Shown: piece by piece, positions 45,433-59,449 of the stretch
Position numbering within the stretch: the first letter of the stretch is position 1
Layout: each line of letters begins with the position of its first letter
Assembly: GCF_006345805.1 (NCBI RefSeq)
Contig: NC_043014.1
Location: forward strand, 53,258,001 to 53,322,000
From: Octopus sinensis
Taxonomy: Eukaryota
DNA: 64,000 bases
Direction of reading: 5' to 3'
Position numbers and translations under genes: made by a program
Notes under the pieces: generated by a model
Database searches by the model: none
The model's input: only the letters and a program-made list of their open reading frames with translations
What the model was told of the DNA's origin: nothing

Positions 45433-45907
45433 GGATATATAAATATGTATGTATGTATCATCATCAAACATCCATTCTCCGTTCTGGCAGGGGCTGGATG
45501 GTTTTACTAGAGCTGGCCAGCTGAAAGAGCTATACTGGTCCCAGTGCGTGTGTGTGTGTGTGTGTGTGTTGTGTGTGAAACCATAGCAAAGTGGCTAATC
45601 AAACCATAAATATGTCGGGTCTCCCCCCCCACCACCACCACCACCACCCTCCTCCACCAATATATTCAACTATGTACCGGACCACCACCATCCCCCCTCC
45701 CCCACTCCTGTGTCTCTTTGCTCCACCTCACCCTTATTACAAGCAAATATCTTGTGTATCAAAGTGAAGTTGAACCGATGTGTGTGTGTGTGTGTGTGTT
45801 TCTTATTTGTGTAATGACACTCTCAGTGATAACTGAATCTCTTTCCACACACGACTTTAACAGGAGGAATCTGGCAAAAAAAAAAAAAATGAAATGTGTG
45901 TGTGTAG

Positions 45908-45939
<32 letters not shown>

Positions 45940-47609
45940 GTGACTGAATAAGCATCCATATTCATTTATTCTTACTTTTGCAGGTAAATAATGATTATAT
46001 ATATATGTATGTGCATGTATGTATGTGTGTGTGCGTATGTGTATGTATGTGTGTGTGTGTGTATGTATTGACACGAATATGAAATAATGTTTGTTGAATC
46101 TAAAACCTAAAAAGAATGTCAGCCATGTTGTTCCCCCTCCCCCTCCCCCATTGACACACAATTCTCCAACAGGTTCCGACATGTCCTCTTGACCAATGCT
46201 TATTGTTTCTCACTTGGCACACAGCCATTACATTTCTCAAAATATTGATTACTCTTAACTCGGCTCTCAGCCAAATTCTCTTCCTTTCCTCCTGTCTTTC
46301 AGCTTTAGTTTTCTTGTTGTTGTTGTTGTTTTTTGGGTTCTCATTTTCTTTTGTTTGTTTTTTTCTCCCCCTTTTTTTTTCATTGTAATGAGAATCGTAT
46401 TATCTACTTTTTGTTTGTCATATTTTGTGCCAGTGTGTTTGTAGAAGAGTCTTGAAGTTGGTGGCTCAGCCAAATTCCTTAGGTTCTTACCTTCTTCTCA
46501 TTGAAGAGTCAGTGATTTATGGCAGATACAATTCCCTTGCAATCTGAGGAGACTTGTGGGGGTCGGGTGTCAGTAAAAATACAAATTTATCATCACCATT
46601 TAATGTCCCCTTTCCATTCTGGTATGGGTTGGATGGTTTTACAGGAACTGGTCAGCCAGAAGACTGCACCAGCCTCCAATTGTCAGTTTCAGAATGATTT
46701 CTATGGCTGGATGCCCTTCCTAACTGCAACCACTTTACAGAGTGTCCTGGGTGCTTTTTTTGTGTCCTAAAGAAGACATAATTTTAACCATTGAGAGCAA
46801 GGATCCTTCTTTGCAGAAAAAGAATGAAATGAATGTCTTCCAATGATTCAGCCTTTGACCCTTTTCATTAGAAAGGAAAGATTTCAAGGAAGATCAAGGG
46901 ACAGAGAGATTTATTCATTGCCGATAAAAACAGTTTAACTGTTTTCTCTGAAGACGATGTCCCCCTACTCTATCCCTAAAACCTTAAAAATTCACGTCTT
47001 TCCCTTGTTCTACAAACTTATTCTAATTGGAAAGAAATATTGATTTGATATTGTACAACACCATGTCAGCAGTGATTGGACATATAACCAAAGATATTCC
47101 AACTGTGACCGTCCTGTCTGTTTGTACATCCAAACAGTGAGAAGATAATCAGGTGTGATTTGAGGGAGATTTGGCTGCTATTTTTAGCATATCCTGTGAC
47201 CCAGTAGAAGCTCTCAACATCCTATTGTATTGTTGATGTGATCAAGTCATTGAAATCTTGCTTTCATCCCTAATGATCCCTATCCCATTTGGCCTCTAAT
47301 TACAGGCCCTCTGTGATGGTTGCAGCTCAACAACAATTGATTTGTCCTCACTCCTTTATCACTGAAGTTTGGACTGTAATTCTCAGTTAAAAGGTTTGAG
47401 GTAGGGATACAACTATGACAGATTTCACCCTCAAACTGCAACTTGAATAAGAGCAACAACAACAGTAATAATAATCCTTTCTACTAGTGGCACAAGGCCT
47501 GAAATGTGAGTGGGAAGGAGGCTGGTCAATTATATCAACTCCATCATTCAACTGATGCTTATTTCATCGATCCCAAAAGGATGAAAGGCAAAGTTGACCT
47601 CAGCAGAAT

Positions 47610-48105
47610 TTCGTCTCGGTCCATTTCTGGACCCTGCTTCTACTTCACTCCATTTCTTCATCTCCTGGAGATCCAGACCAAACCAAGCCCTGAGTAATTT
47701 AACCAGTCCCCCCCATCTAGCATCAGACAATGTTACTGGACAGCATGGACCTGCTTCTCCAGGTGCCAAGTTGCAGGCCGCCCACTGACCGTTCTTGGTT
47801 AATTTCTGCTCCTGTCACTGCCTTGTACCAATTACATCTGTGTGCATAGTGTTCAACATCATGATGCTGACATGGTTCTTGCACATCCTCATTCACATGG
47901 AATACTTTTCAATGCCTCTAATTTCTACTGCAGTGTCTCTGGAGCCGGTACATACTGAAGGGGGTTAGAGGGGACACTTTTGATCGACCAAGTGCATCAT
48001 GCTGGAAGGTTTCGATAAGTAGCCATTCACTCAAACTATCAAGCAGAAGTTGTTGTACATTGCAGGAATCCAGTCATGGAAAACTGGACCAGGACCAGCT
48101 GGCAC
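47610..48105 (-). mobile_element. Tx1/L1-clade RT fragment, third copy, more decayed
   Basis: GPVFHDWI..VNGYLS..CPL.PL, and GGLVKLLRAWFGLDLQ; spans the point at which the intronic copy is split. Confidence 0.75.
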
Positions 48106-48603
48106 GAGAATGACCACAGGCTACTGGGTGGTTAACCCTCCCACAAAGGATCAAAGGCAAATTGACTCTGCAGGATTTGAACTCAGACCATTAAAAAAAA
48201 AATATCACAAAGCATTTTGTCCAACACCATAATGATCCTGCCAGTCGACTGCCCTTCTTTAAATAAGGAATTGTTTCTTGGTCAAGCACAAGGCCAGAGA
48301 TGGTGTGGAGTGGGGGTGGGGTGGGGAGACGAGGAGGCTTTAATGGATTGAAATCATCTCTCATATTTGATTGGCTCTTTACTTATCAACCCCTGCAGAA
48401 TGAGAGGCAGAACTGGCGTTGGTGGGCTTTGAACTCAGAATGTAAAGAACTGCTTGAAGTATCCGTAAGGCATTTGTCTGACACACTAACAATTCAACCA
48501 ATCTATCGACAACAACAACAACAATAGCATGATAACTCTCTATCGTCCACATGAGTGACTTGGCAGGAAGCCAGGTTTCTGACAATTGCTATTACTATCA
48601 CCT

Positions 48604-48693
<90 letters not shown>

Positions 48694-48888
48694 TAATGTT
48701 TCTGCAATTACTGTCACAACTTAAAAATCTCACCAGGTCTGCCAGTCTGATTACTACTACTGCTTCTGCTGCTGCTGCACCTGCCACCACCACCGCCACC
48801 ACCACCGCCACAACCACTCTACCACCACCACCACCAACAACCATCACTATACAAGCCAATAAGTGAGCCTTTACATGAATACCAGACC

Positions 48889-49075
48889 TGCTGGAAATAG
48901 CAGCCAAATTTCCTCCCAATCACTTCCTACCACTTGGACATATTGGATAATATTGTGTTGAGTTTCCTGCACACAGGAGATAGATAGGGTGGTCACAGCT
49001 GGAATGTCTTTGGCCAGAAGACAACTCAATCAGAGATGGCCTGGGGCTGAACAACAATAACAACCTCCAATGTAT
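48889..49075 (+). mobile_element. Short interspersed family D (CTAGAAATAGCAGCCAAAT...GGTCAC(A/G)GCTGGAAT...GGGGCTAAAC(AAC)n)
   Basis: Recurs at about 5270, 19800, 21130, 24560-24900, 35050-35250, 41960-42360, 43760, 47100-47220, 53720-54060, 59100-59270 and 62660-62835; class not determined. Confidence 0.65.
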
Positions 49076-49315
49076 ACACTGTATGGGTCAATTGGGGACA
49101 TTTGGCTACCACCACCACTATACCACCACCACCACCACCACAACCCACCTGCCACCACCACCACTATACCACCACCACCACCACCACCACCACCCCACCA
49201 TGACTGCTACTACAACACCAACTGAACAGTTGTGATTGATTAACCTGATGATTGGCGGAAAGAGAGAGAGAATCAAAACATCATTTAAGTGTCTGGTTAC
49301 ATCAGCCATATCACT

Positions 49316-49347
<32 letters not shown>

Positions 49348-49464
49348 CAGGTTTGCAGGCATGCGTTTCTCTGTGTGTGTATGTGTGCGTAAGTACGTGT
49401 GTGTGTGATTTAGGTCTCTGCACGTATGTGTGTGTGTGTGTGTGCATGTAACATAGACACACAC

Positions 49465-49503
<39 letters not shown>

Positions 49504-50809
49504 TAAACACACACACACACATAAATACACACGCACACACACTTTATGTTAGTTAAAGTCTGCTTGTGACATATTTCAACTTCTAAAGGCAAATTCACTG
49601 CAGTTACCTTGGAGAAAAATTCTCTCTTATCATAAAAAAAGGCGTAAAAACACCACATCTGCCCATATTGTATATTATATACACACACACACACACATTT
49701 AAGGAATCTCAACATTGTCAATCCATTTGCTAGAAATAGAAGCCAAGATTCTTTCCAATTACACCCTACTTGCACTTAGAAATTGAAAAACATTAAATGA
49801 TATACTACTAAAAGCACTTACTAGAAAAAAACGAGATGGCCACCACTGGAATGTCTTTGGTTATGGGTGTGATTTAACTCTAAACAATGGCAACATGTCT
49901 ATTTTATTATATATACACCCTAACTGCATAGATACACTGATGTTGTGTATATGAGATTAATTTTGTAAACAAAGTCACTACCATGTGTTAATAAACATAA
50001 TTTTAGTCTCAGTGGAGAAATAGACTCAGTGCATAAGGCATAGAACTGGGACACAGCCATGTCTTTAATGAAATATGTATAAAAGAAAGCTGTTCTCTAT
50101 ATAGATATCTATAATTTGTAAATAAAGTTTCAGCCAGTAAATTAATATGTATAGACAACTTTAGATCATTATGTAAATGAGGTCAGGCCAAACCTAATCA
50201 CATACATTATTAATTTCATAAATGTTAGGTTCACACTTGTTACATTTTCATAGCAGCCAGGAGAAAGTAATCAAATCCTGATGATGGCTTTAACAAAAGC
50301 TAGAAATAACCTATTAGGGTCTTCAATTTTTCTCCTTGGCTGCCAACAGCTCTGTAGTTTATACATGTGGATTATTCTCCAATGATGCCAAAATTATGTT
50401 TATTTAACATATGATTGTGGCTTTCTACAAAATATACTGATGTTAAGGCAGTAATTATTTCTGCTTATTTAATCACAATTCAAATTACTACAGTCATCAC
50501 TCACAATTGATGATGACTTGGTGGTATGTATGATGCTTTCACCAATTGTCTAGTATCCATTTAGTGATGAACAGACACAGACATTCTCTTGGCCTTCACA
50601 CCTTTTGACTCAATGGAAAATCTTAGATGTGGCAGCTGAATGAAGAGATAACACCATCACAAGGCTGTTACTTCATTTATCAATTGTGAAAGGATGAAAG
50701 GCAAAGTTGACCTTCACAGCATTTGAAACCAAAATAGAGCAGACAACTGGAATAGATATTGCAATGCATTCAACTCAATGTTTTATTGACTCTCTTGCTT
50801 CATATATCA

Positions 50810-50848
<39 letters not shown>

Positions 50849-50910
50849 AATATATATATATGGATGGATGGATGGATGTGTAAGTGTGTATATATATATA
50901 TATATATATA

Positions 50911-51060
50911 GGGAGAATTCACAAAAAAAACAAAAGACAAAAACAGGTGGTGTAGAAAACAAACAGATGTATTAGAATAATGCTCGGGAATTGAGAGAGT
51001 CTTTCACGTTTCGAGCCTATGCTCTTCCACAGAAAGAAACAAGGAGAGAGAAAAAATGTG
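50911..51060 (-). mobile_element. Penelope-like terminal repeat remnant with a degenerate minimal hammerhead (51000-51037)
   Basis: TCTTT-CTGTGGA-A-GAGC(ATAG)GCTC-GAAA-CG-T-G-AAAGA; all three stems pair. Confidence 0.6.
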
Positions 51061-51199
51061 TGCAGTGGCTACCGATCTATCATAGCAAATGCTGGACAGA
51101 AGGATTACACAGGAGAGCTAAGAAGTAGGGGAGATAACAAAATAGTAGTGATCCCAAAACGAAGGTGCATGTGTGTGTAAGAGAGTATGTATGTGCGTA

Positions 51200-51370
51200 T
51201 GAAAGAGGACTGGTAATCTACTTCCTCCTTTGTGAACAGGGCAGATAATTCCTTCTTTTAGCATTTGAGGAAATGTACTGCATTGAAGGGAACTCTGGAA
51301 AAGCATTTGCAGTAGTTTTGCAAGAGCTTCTTGCATGTTTTTAACAGAATTGCTGGGAGTCCATTTGGGC
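51200..51370 (-). mobile_element. Small CR1/L2/Jockey-group RT-upstream fragment
   Basis: LAKLLQMLFQSSLQCSTFPQMLKEGIICPVHKGGSR resembles L..LF..SL..G..P..WK.A.I.PIHKGG. Confidence 0.55.
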
Positions 51371-51404
51371 CTGTTGCAGAGTTTGAGTTCATATATATAT
51401 ATCA

Positions 51405-51531
51405 TTATCATCATTTAACGTCTGCTTTCCATGCTGGTATGAGTTGGACGGTTTGATTGAGGACTGGCGAGCCAGATGGCTGCACCAGGCTCCAATCTGA
51501 TCTGGCAGTTTCTACAGCTGGATGCCCTTCC
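51405..51531 (-). mobile_element. Family E repeat, the 3' UTR end of the RTE-like element, (GAT)n tail
   Basis: Matches 60560-60730. Other copies lie at about 46590-46770(-), 51860-52045(+), 52735-53030(-) and 57255-57425(-). Confidence 0.8.
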
Positions 51532-51533
51532 AG

Positions 51534-51589
<56 letters not shown>

Positions 51590-52449
51590 GTATATATGTA
51601 TATGTATATATATATACATAACTAAAATGACAAATTTTATCACACTCTTAAATGGTGTAAGTCAAAACAAGCATATTTCACTTAGCATAATGCAGTTATT
51701 GACAGTATTAATAAATCCACACAAAGTAATCTAAATGTCACTCAATTTAAAATCATTTTAGAGAATAAATATTTTAATTTCATGACCCCTCCTCACCTGG
51801 CACAAACCCACTTCCTGCAATTCCATGCCCCCCACCCCTCCCAGCTGAGAGATCTTCGTCACCCTGGTGTCAGTGCCATGTAAAAAGCACCGAGTACTTT
51901 TTGCAAAGTGGTTGGTGTTAGGAAGGGCAGCATCCAGCCTTAGAAACCACACCAAAGCAGACAATGGAGTCTGGGGCAGCTCTCCAGCCTTGCCAGCTCC
52001 TTTCAAACTATCCAACCGGGCCAGCATGGAAGACAGATATTAAATGATGATGATGATGATGATGCACTGTAGCTAAGCCTGACAAATTGTTAATTAACCA
52101 TTTGATTATATCATCGAACCATGTGTTAAGTAGAAGTTGTTGTAATTTGTATCTAAATGGCAAACTGGCTTCAAGTCGGAATTAAGTTGAGGTTTAGAAC
52201 CTCTGCAAACAGCTTGGCCATAATGACCATGCCCCAGGCAGGTTTTTGTTCAAGGGGGGTTTACATTTAATTCAGAACGTGGTTCTGCATTGAAAGCATT
52301 GTTCCATTGGAACTTTTAGTATCATCCTCATCATCATTATCATCATCATCAGCAGTAGTAGTGTAGCAAACAGTAATACCACCAGTACTCCCACCACTAC
52401 TAATACTACACACACACATACCCATACATATATATATATATATATATGC

Positions 52450-52682
52450 ATTTCTTTATTGCCCACAAGGGGCTAACACACAGAGGGGACAAACAAGGAC
52501 AGACAAATGGATTAAGTCGATTACATCGACCCCAGTGCGAAACTGGTACTTTATTTATCGACCCCGAAAAGATGAAAGGCAAAGTCGACCTCGGCAGAAT
52601 TTGAACTCAGAACGTAACGACAGACGAAATACCGCTAAGCATTTCGCCTGGTGCGCTGACGTTTCTGCCAGCTCGCCACCTT
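52450..52682 (-). mobile_element. SINE B, full-length
   Basis: Reverse complement of 45201-45432. Confidence 0.88.
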
Positions 52683-55155
52683 TATAATATGCTTACATAT
52701 ATAATAACATACATACATACATATATATATATATCATCATCGTTTAACGTCTGTTCTCCATGCTAGCATGGGTTGGACGGTTTGACCGGGGATCTGGGAA
52801 GCCAGAAGACTGCACCAGGCTCCGGTCTTATCTGGCAATGTTTCTACAGCTGGATGCCCTTCCTAACGCCAACCACTCCGTGAGTGTAGTGGGTGCTTTT
52901 TACGTGCCAGGCGAGGCTGGCATCGGCCACGGTCAGATTGGTGCATTTTATGTGCCACCTGCACGGAGGCCAGTCGAGGCGGCACTGGCTTCGGCCACGA
53001 TTCGGATGGTGCTTTTTACGTGCCACCGTGTGTTTGTGTGTGTGCATATATATATATCTCACACACACACATAAATATACATATTCACCCGTTTTATATT
53101 ATTTCTTTGCATATCTGTTGCCCGTAGCAGCTAATCCAGTGAAAGCCATCCTCTAATGCCTCTTACAACTGACACATTGCATGGCATCTCTTGAATTCAT
53201 CCAGCCTCCTATTTACCAGTGGTTCTGTTAGGAAGTGATGTGAAACCATCGCATTCAATCTGGCAGCAGTCGTACATCTAAGGAACAGCTACAAGGCTTA
53301 GTGGTGCTCATCCATTTCCTCTTGTGTGTCCGTAATTAAAGTGGACGGCTGCACAGCAACCGAGGCAGCCTGAAGAATGGACAGACAGGCAGACAGACAG
53401 TCAGACAGCTTGTTAAACATCTGGCTGGTGGGACGGACAGACGGACGGATGTGTGAAAGACAACATTGTAAGTTCAACGATAAACATATAACTTGGCTGG
53501 CTGGCTGGTTGGTTGGTGGTTGGTTGGTTGGTTGGGTGGGTGGTTGGGTGGGTAGGTGGGTAGGTGGGTAGATGGTTGGTAAATAGATAGACGAATAGAT
53601 AAGTAGATAGATAGAGGGAGAGAGAGAAATAGGCTAACAGACAGACAGACGGATGGATGGATGGATCATTTAGTAAATTTATGCAGGTTGGTAGAGTTAG
53701 AAAGAAAAGTTGGTTTAAAGCTCAAATCCCATTGAGCATCAAAGATAAAACCATATTGGCCATTGTAATGAATTCCATTCACTTCAAGAGTTGGAGTGGT
53801 CACGGTTGGAATGCTTTTGCTCATAGGTCTGCTCTGTCAGGGTTGACCTGGGACTCACCAACTATAACAACCTCCAACGTAGACACTGTATGAGCCAATC
53901 AGGAGTCTCTAAATGGGTCACTTGGCCAGTTAGAAGTATCAGCTAAATATCCCTCAAATCACAGTCTGCCATTTTAAAAAACAAAAACAAAGAAGTACTT
54001 GATTCTAAATAAGGAAAAAAATGGGATGATCATGGTTAGACTGTCTTTGGTCAAAGGTCTACACCGACTCCAATGTGTACACACCCCTCAGGGGCAGACC
54101 CAAGGGGTAGGGCTGATGGGCACATACCCCACTCAAGAAAAGAAGGGTGCCATTCGAAATAATGTTATTGTGCCCTTTTCTCTGGGAATTGTATTCCCTT
54201 CTGATCTTGTGCCCTCCCTTCAAAAAATTCCTGGGACCATGCCTACCTCTACAAATGTGTATACACACACACACGCAATTACATAAATCTGCCAAATTTT
54301 ACATTTACTGACATCTTGCCACATCAACAAACATCACACAAAGTCACTTCCATGCATTTACTTGCATTTCTTCAGTAGCATAAACAACACTTCGGTCCTT
54401 ACACACATCTTACACACACACACACACACACACGCACAGCTTTTCCCTTCCTCTATTAACATTCTCACCCATAAAAACCCAATCCCACCTCTACACACCA
54501 TCTCGTTTTGTATGTCACGGCAGTTTATTACATTCAACACCAATGTGTGATGATTTAATGCTAATTTACTTTTAACCATACTGGCTATGCTCCAGCATGA
54601 CCGCAGCCATTGTGGCTAAAACTAACGGTAATATGCAAGTATGAGGCCAGTTTGGTGTAAGAGGAGAGAATCTAATCAACTGATTATTCCCTCAGTGTAT
54701 TACTGGTATGGAACTAAGGTGGCTGTGTGGGTAACAGACTGAATGGATTACTTGCTCAAGGATGATATGGAGTTTAAACCGGATCCAAATATCCTTAACC
54801 CACACCCATGCCTGCACCTCTACTTACACACAATGTTATTTCCTCAAGGGTTATTGTTGTTGTTGGTGTATAACCCCAGGTCAGCCTTCATCCAGTAGTC
54901 ATATGCTAACCAACATCATCGACCAGATCTAAGATTTAGTGCTGGACAGATGATTGACTGGCAGGGGCTAACTGTCTGCTGCTGCTGCTGTTTAGCCTCA
55001 GTAGAACCCTGATTAAACAGAGCTATGATTAAAAAGGTTCCAGATGGGCCCATGAAGGACTACATTGTCAAATTGATGGTTTGTTTTGTAATAAGGGAGA
55101 TTTGGCTAATGCGTTTAGTAATTGGTGTCACTGTACATGGGTTATTCCCATTCAT

Positions 55156-55188
<33 letters not shown>

Positions 55189-55425
55189 ATCCCCCTACCA
55201 CCACTGCTTGACAACCGGTGCTGGTGTGTTTACATCCCTGTAACTTGGTGGTTCGGTAAAAGAGATTGATAGAATAAGTACCAAGCTTTAAAAAAAATAA
55301 GTCCTGGGGTCAGTGCATTTGACTAAGAGTTCTTCAAGGTGGTGCCCCTGCATGGCCGCAGTCTAATGACTGAAACAAATAAGAGATAAAAGATAACAGA
55401 TAAGTGTGTGTGTGTGTATACATAT

Positions 55426-56692
55426 TATGAGGTGGTATCAAAAGGTTCCCAGACTAGTTATGTTTAATAAAAAATAACTTATTTATCTACGTTTTAACAT
55501 CATCTCCTTTAAAATAGTCACTTAGTGCAGCAGTAATTACCCCAGTCTCAGGATTTCTGCCACTTTTAGAATCTGGTCTGGAAATTATTTTCCGTGAGTG
55601 AGTCAAGGACCCTCTGTGATTCATTCTTAATCTTGACAACAGTGTTAAAACAGCGACCTGTGAACTGCATTTTCATCTTGGGAAAGAGATGGAAGTTTGC
55701 AGGTGCTAAATCTGGTGAATAGGGCAAGTGTGGATGTGGTACCATGTTGTTTTTGGCAAGAAGCTCATGAGTAAAGAGGAGCTTGGTGACCAGGGTGCAT
55801 TGTTGTCATGAAGAAACCAATTCTTTGCACTCCAGAGATCCGGTTGCTTTCACTGAATGTCCTTCCTCAATTGGCCGTCTGGCCCTGGGGGGGGATGAAT
55901 TCTCAATGCACAAAATACCACAGATGTCAATAAAACTGACAAGCATGCTCTTGAATGAGCTGCAGCTCTGTTGTGCCTTCTTTGATCATGGAGATGAAGG
56001 GCTCTTCCATTGTGACAACTGCTGCTTCACCTCAGGGTCATACCTGTAGACCCAACCCTCATCACCTGTAATGATCCTCGACATGAAGGATGGGTCATCA
56101 GCGGCACACTGACAAAGATCTTGACAGACATCAATGCAATGTTCTTTCTACTCAGTGTTCTACAGGGGGGGAGAGACCCACATTTTCAATTCAGACGTTA
56201 GCACTGCTTGCATGGACCCATATCACAGACCAGCAACATCAGCAATGTCTTTGATTGTCCTCCAATGATCCTCACGTAGAAGCTGATGAATTTTTCCCCG
56301 TTTCCGGAGGTGACACTTATGGCAGGTCTTCCCGGTCACTCATTGTCTTCCAGGGACTTTGCTCAGCTTTTGGAGTATTCATGTCACTCAACACATTGCC
56401 TACGACCCATTGCCTCATAGCCATAAGCTTGCCAAAGTGTGTTCAATGTCTCCGTAATAGATTCTCCAAGTTTAATGCAAAATTTCCTGCTGGCTCTTTG
56501 TTCCAGTTTCCGCTCCATCACAAAATCACAGACTACAGCAGACACACGTGATCACAAAACCACTATTTCACAACTTGCAAAGTAAACACAGCAATGTCAC
56601 TGCTAGCTCTCACTGCACACATAGCTGTGTGCTACCGCCATCTGTTGGCATGCTACAGAAATAGTCCAGAAACTTTTTCATACCACCTCATA
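55426..56692 (-). mobile_element. Full-length decayed mariner (1263 bp between TA duplications)
   Basis: 28-bp TIRs TGAGGTGGTAT(C/G)AAAA(G/A)GTT.. (23/28 identical); TA at 55426-55427 and 56691-56692; ATG at 56518 MERKLEQRA..KFCIKLG..GRP; HDN and YSPDLAP motifs; multiple stops. Confidence 0.92.
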
Positions 56693-56795
56693 GTGTATAC
56701 ATGTGTGTATGTATATATATATATATGCACTGATAACTGGACATCCTTGTTACTTACCTGCTTTATATATGTGTATATATATGAATGTATATATA

Positions 56796-56843
<48 letters not shown>

Positions 56844-56866
56844 ATATGTATATATATGTATATGTA

Positions 56867-56902
<36 letters not shown>

Positions 56903-57871
56903 ATATATGTATGTATATATATATATGGCTGAAATCTAAGTCCTTGGAAGTTTGATAAGTGTAAGACACGAAACCGGTACCCCCAGTTTATTATATAATG
57001 TCTTAATACAACTCTTTGTTCCATTATGATCTTAATATTGGCATAAATTTTACTATACAAACTTCCTGTGCATTTTTACATATTTTCTATCTTAAATATA
57101 TATAAATGTGTGTGTATGTGTGTATATATATGTGTGTGTGTGTGTGTGCGTGTGTATGTATACATGTATGTATATATATATGTATATATATGTATATGTA
57201 TGTATATGTATATGTATGCATATACGTATATGTATGTATATATGCATATGTATGTCATCATCATCATCATCATTGTCATTTAACGTCTGCTTTCCATGTT
57301 GGCATGGGTTGGACGATTTGACTGGCTCCAATCTGATGTGGCAAAGTTTCAACAGCTGGATGCCCTTCCTGACACAAACCATTCTGTGAGTGTAGTGGAT
57401 GCTTTTTACATGCCACTGACACATGCTTTCAAGTACTTTTTCTGCAAGTACTTAAGAGCACCCCAATGCCAAATTTTGTCCATTTTCACAGCAAGTCAAT
57501 ACTGGTTATTTTTGAAGTGTCTTTTGAACGGTCAGATGTCAGTTTATCTGAAAAGAAACAATGCTAATTATTAATAAGAAGAGTTGTAATTAATGCAGGT
57601 AAGATTTCTCAGTTCTAGCATCACTGCCTAGGAACTTCTCAGCCCAGCCTTGTAGATTGCTTCTCACTACATGGTTCCAAGTTCAGTCCCACTGCATGGC
57701 AACTTGAGCAGAGGTTGACAAGCAGAAGCTTGTCGTGTACGAGACCTTAGATGAGTGGACCTCAACCAGATTTAAACTCAAAACACAACACACAGGAATG
57801 AATATATCAATGTATTCTAGTCAAAATTTCCAATAACTGCCAATTCACTACCTTAGTAATAATAATAATAA

Positions 57872-58389
57872 ATGCCCTGTTGAAGTACCAGGCAGTGGCT
57901 CTCGTGGCTTCTGATCTTAACTGATTCGAAGTGTTATCATGTACATTGTTTTGTTTTGGTATAAAAGATGGACTACAGCAAATATTTGCTTGTCAGTTGT
58001 TTGACCGTAACCAGTTGAGCATGTCCCTTGGTGACTGACGATTTGTGCATCTCTGATCATGAGCAGAAGTAGTGGGGGAGCATCATAGCCATGTGTTGAG
58101 AGGGATTCTTTGGGGTTTGAATAATTCACCTCTGGAAACATGGGTGGTTTTGTTCAACATCCTTAAACAATCCTTATTCAGGGACCTTTTGAGCGGGGTG
58201 GGCTACTCAACCTGAAGAAAATTCTAACTGGGCCCCACCTGCAAGGTCACGTGCTGTTTATCTTGATATGAAATCACCATGTCATGGACATATGGTTGTG
58301 ATGCATGTACCCGGTGAACCTTTATCAAACGGGTAGTCATAATGAGTATACTAGGCTTTGTATATTTTATCCCAGTGTCACTCTCGCTC
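57872..58389 (+). mobile_element. Family C repeat, full-length with small deletions
   Basis: (AAT)n-ATGCCCTG...CTC-(AAT)n; collinear with 22895-23449. Confidence 0.8.
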
Positions 58390-58445
<56 letters not shown>

Positions 58446-59449
58446 TAATAATAATAATAATAATAATAATGATAATAATAATAGTAAAATTAATGATGGT
58501 TCCTTATTTTAGTTGTGGCTCTGCTATTAATTCTTTAATTCTTCCTATTGTTCTTCTCTTCTTCTCTTTCTTCCTCATTGGTTGTAATAGTTCTCTCAGA
58601 AGAGATGAGAAAACATCCATTTCTGCCCACCTCAACTCACCGCATCTAACCTTCCCCCTCCTCTATACCTCACCCCCACCATCAAATAAAATCTTTTTGC
58701 TAGATTTGTGCCATTAACCTTTTCGTTTATTTATATTTTGGGACATTTTATTTATTTATTTATTCTATCAGATAAGAAAATGCAAAACATTCAACATGTA
58801 TTATTATTGTTATTATTGTTATTATTGTTATTATTGTTATTATTATTATTATGAGGAGGAGGAGGAGGGCTGTAGCAATAATTAGAGGACTGTGACAATG
58901 ATAAAATAACAAGATCGTTTGTGGTGGGGGTGAGGATACATAGGTGATGATGATGATGACAACGACTTATGATTAATGACTGACGAAGTTAATACCATTA
59001 GGAAGCAGAATTCAACTTCCTTCTTTCTACCAATCCTCATCCATTTTGGATGATGTAGGAAGAGGCAAAACTATTGATAAAGAGGTGGGGGGATGTTGTT
59101 GCTGTTGTTTAACCCTAGGTCGGCCCTGACTGAGCAAAGTGTTCCAGCCACGATCATCCAGTTTTTTGCATTTGTGGGAAGGACTGTATCGTCAAATATG
59201 TCTGCTTCTCTTTACAAAAGTAGGATGTAATTCAAGAGAGACTTGGCTGTTATTTCTAGCAGATTGAGCTTGGGATGTGGTGGTAGATGGGGGTCAAGTG
59301 TTGTAATAATAATGATAACCCTTTCTGCTAATAAGCTCAAGGTCTGAAATTTGGTGGGGGAGGAGCTGCTTCATTTTATTGATCCAGATAGAATGAAAGG
59401 CAAAGTCAAACCTTTTTTCCATTCCTGTTTTTTATATTAATAAGGTGGC

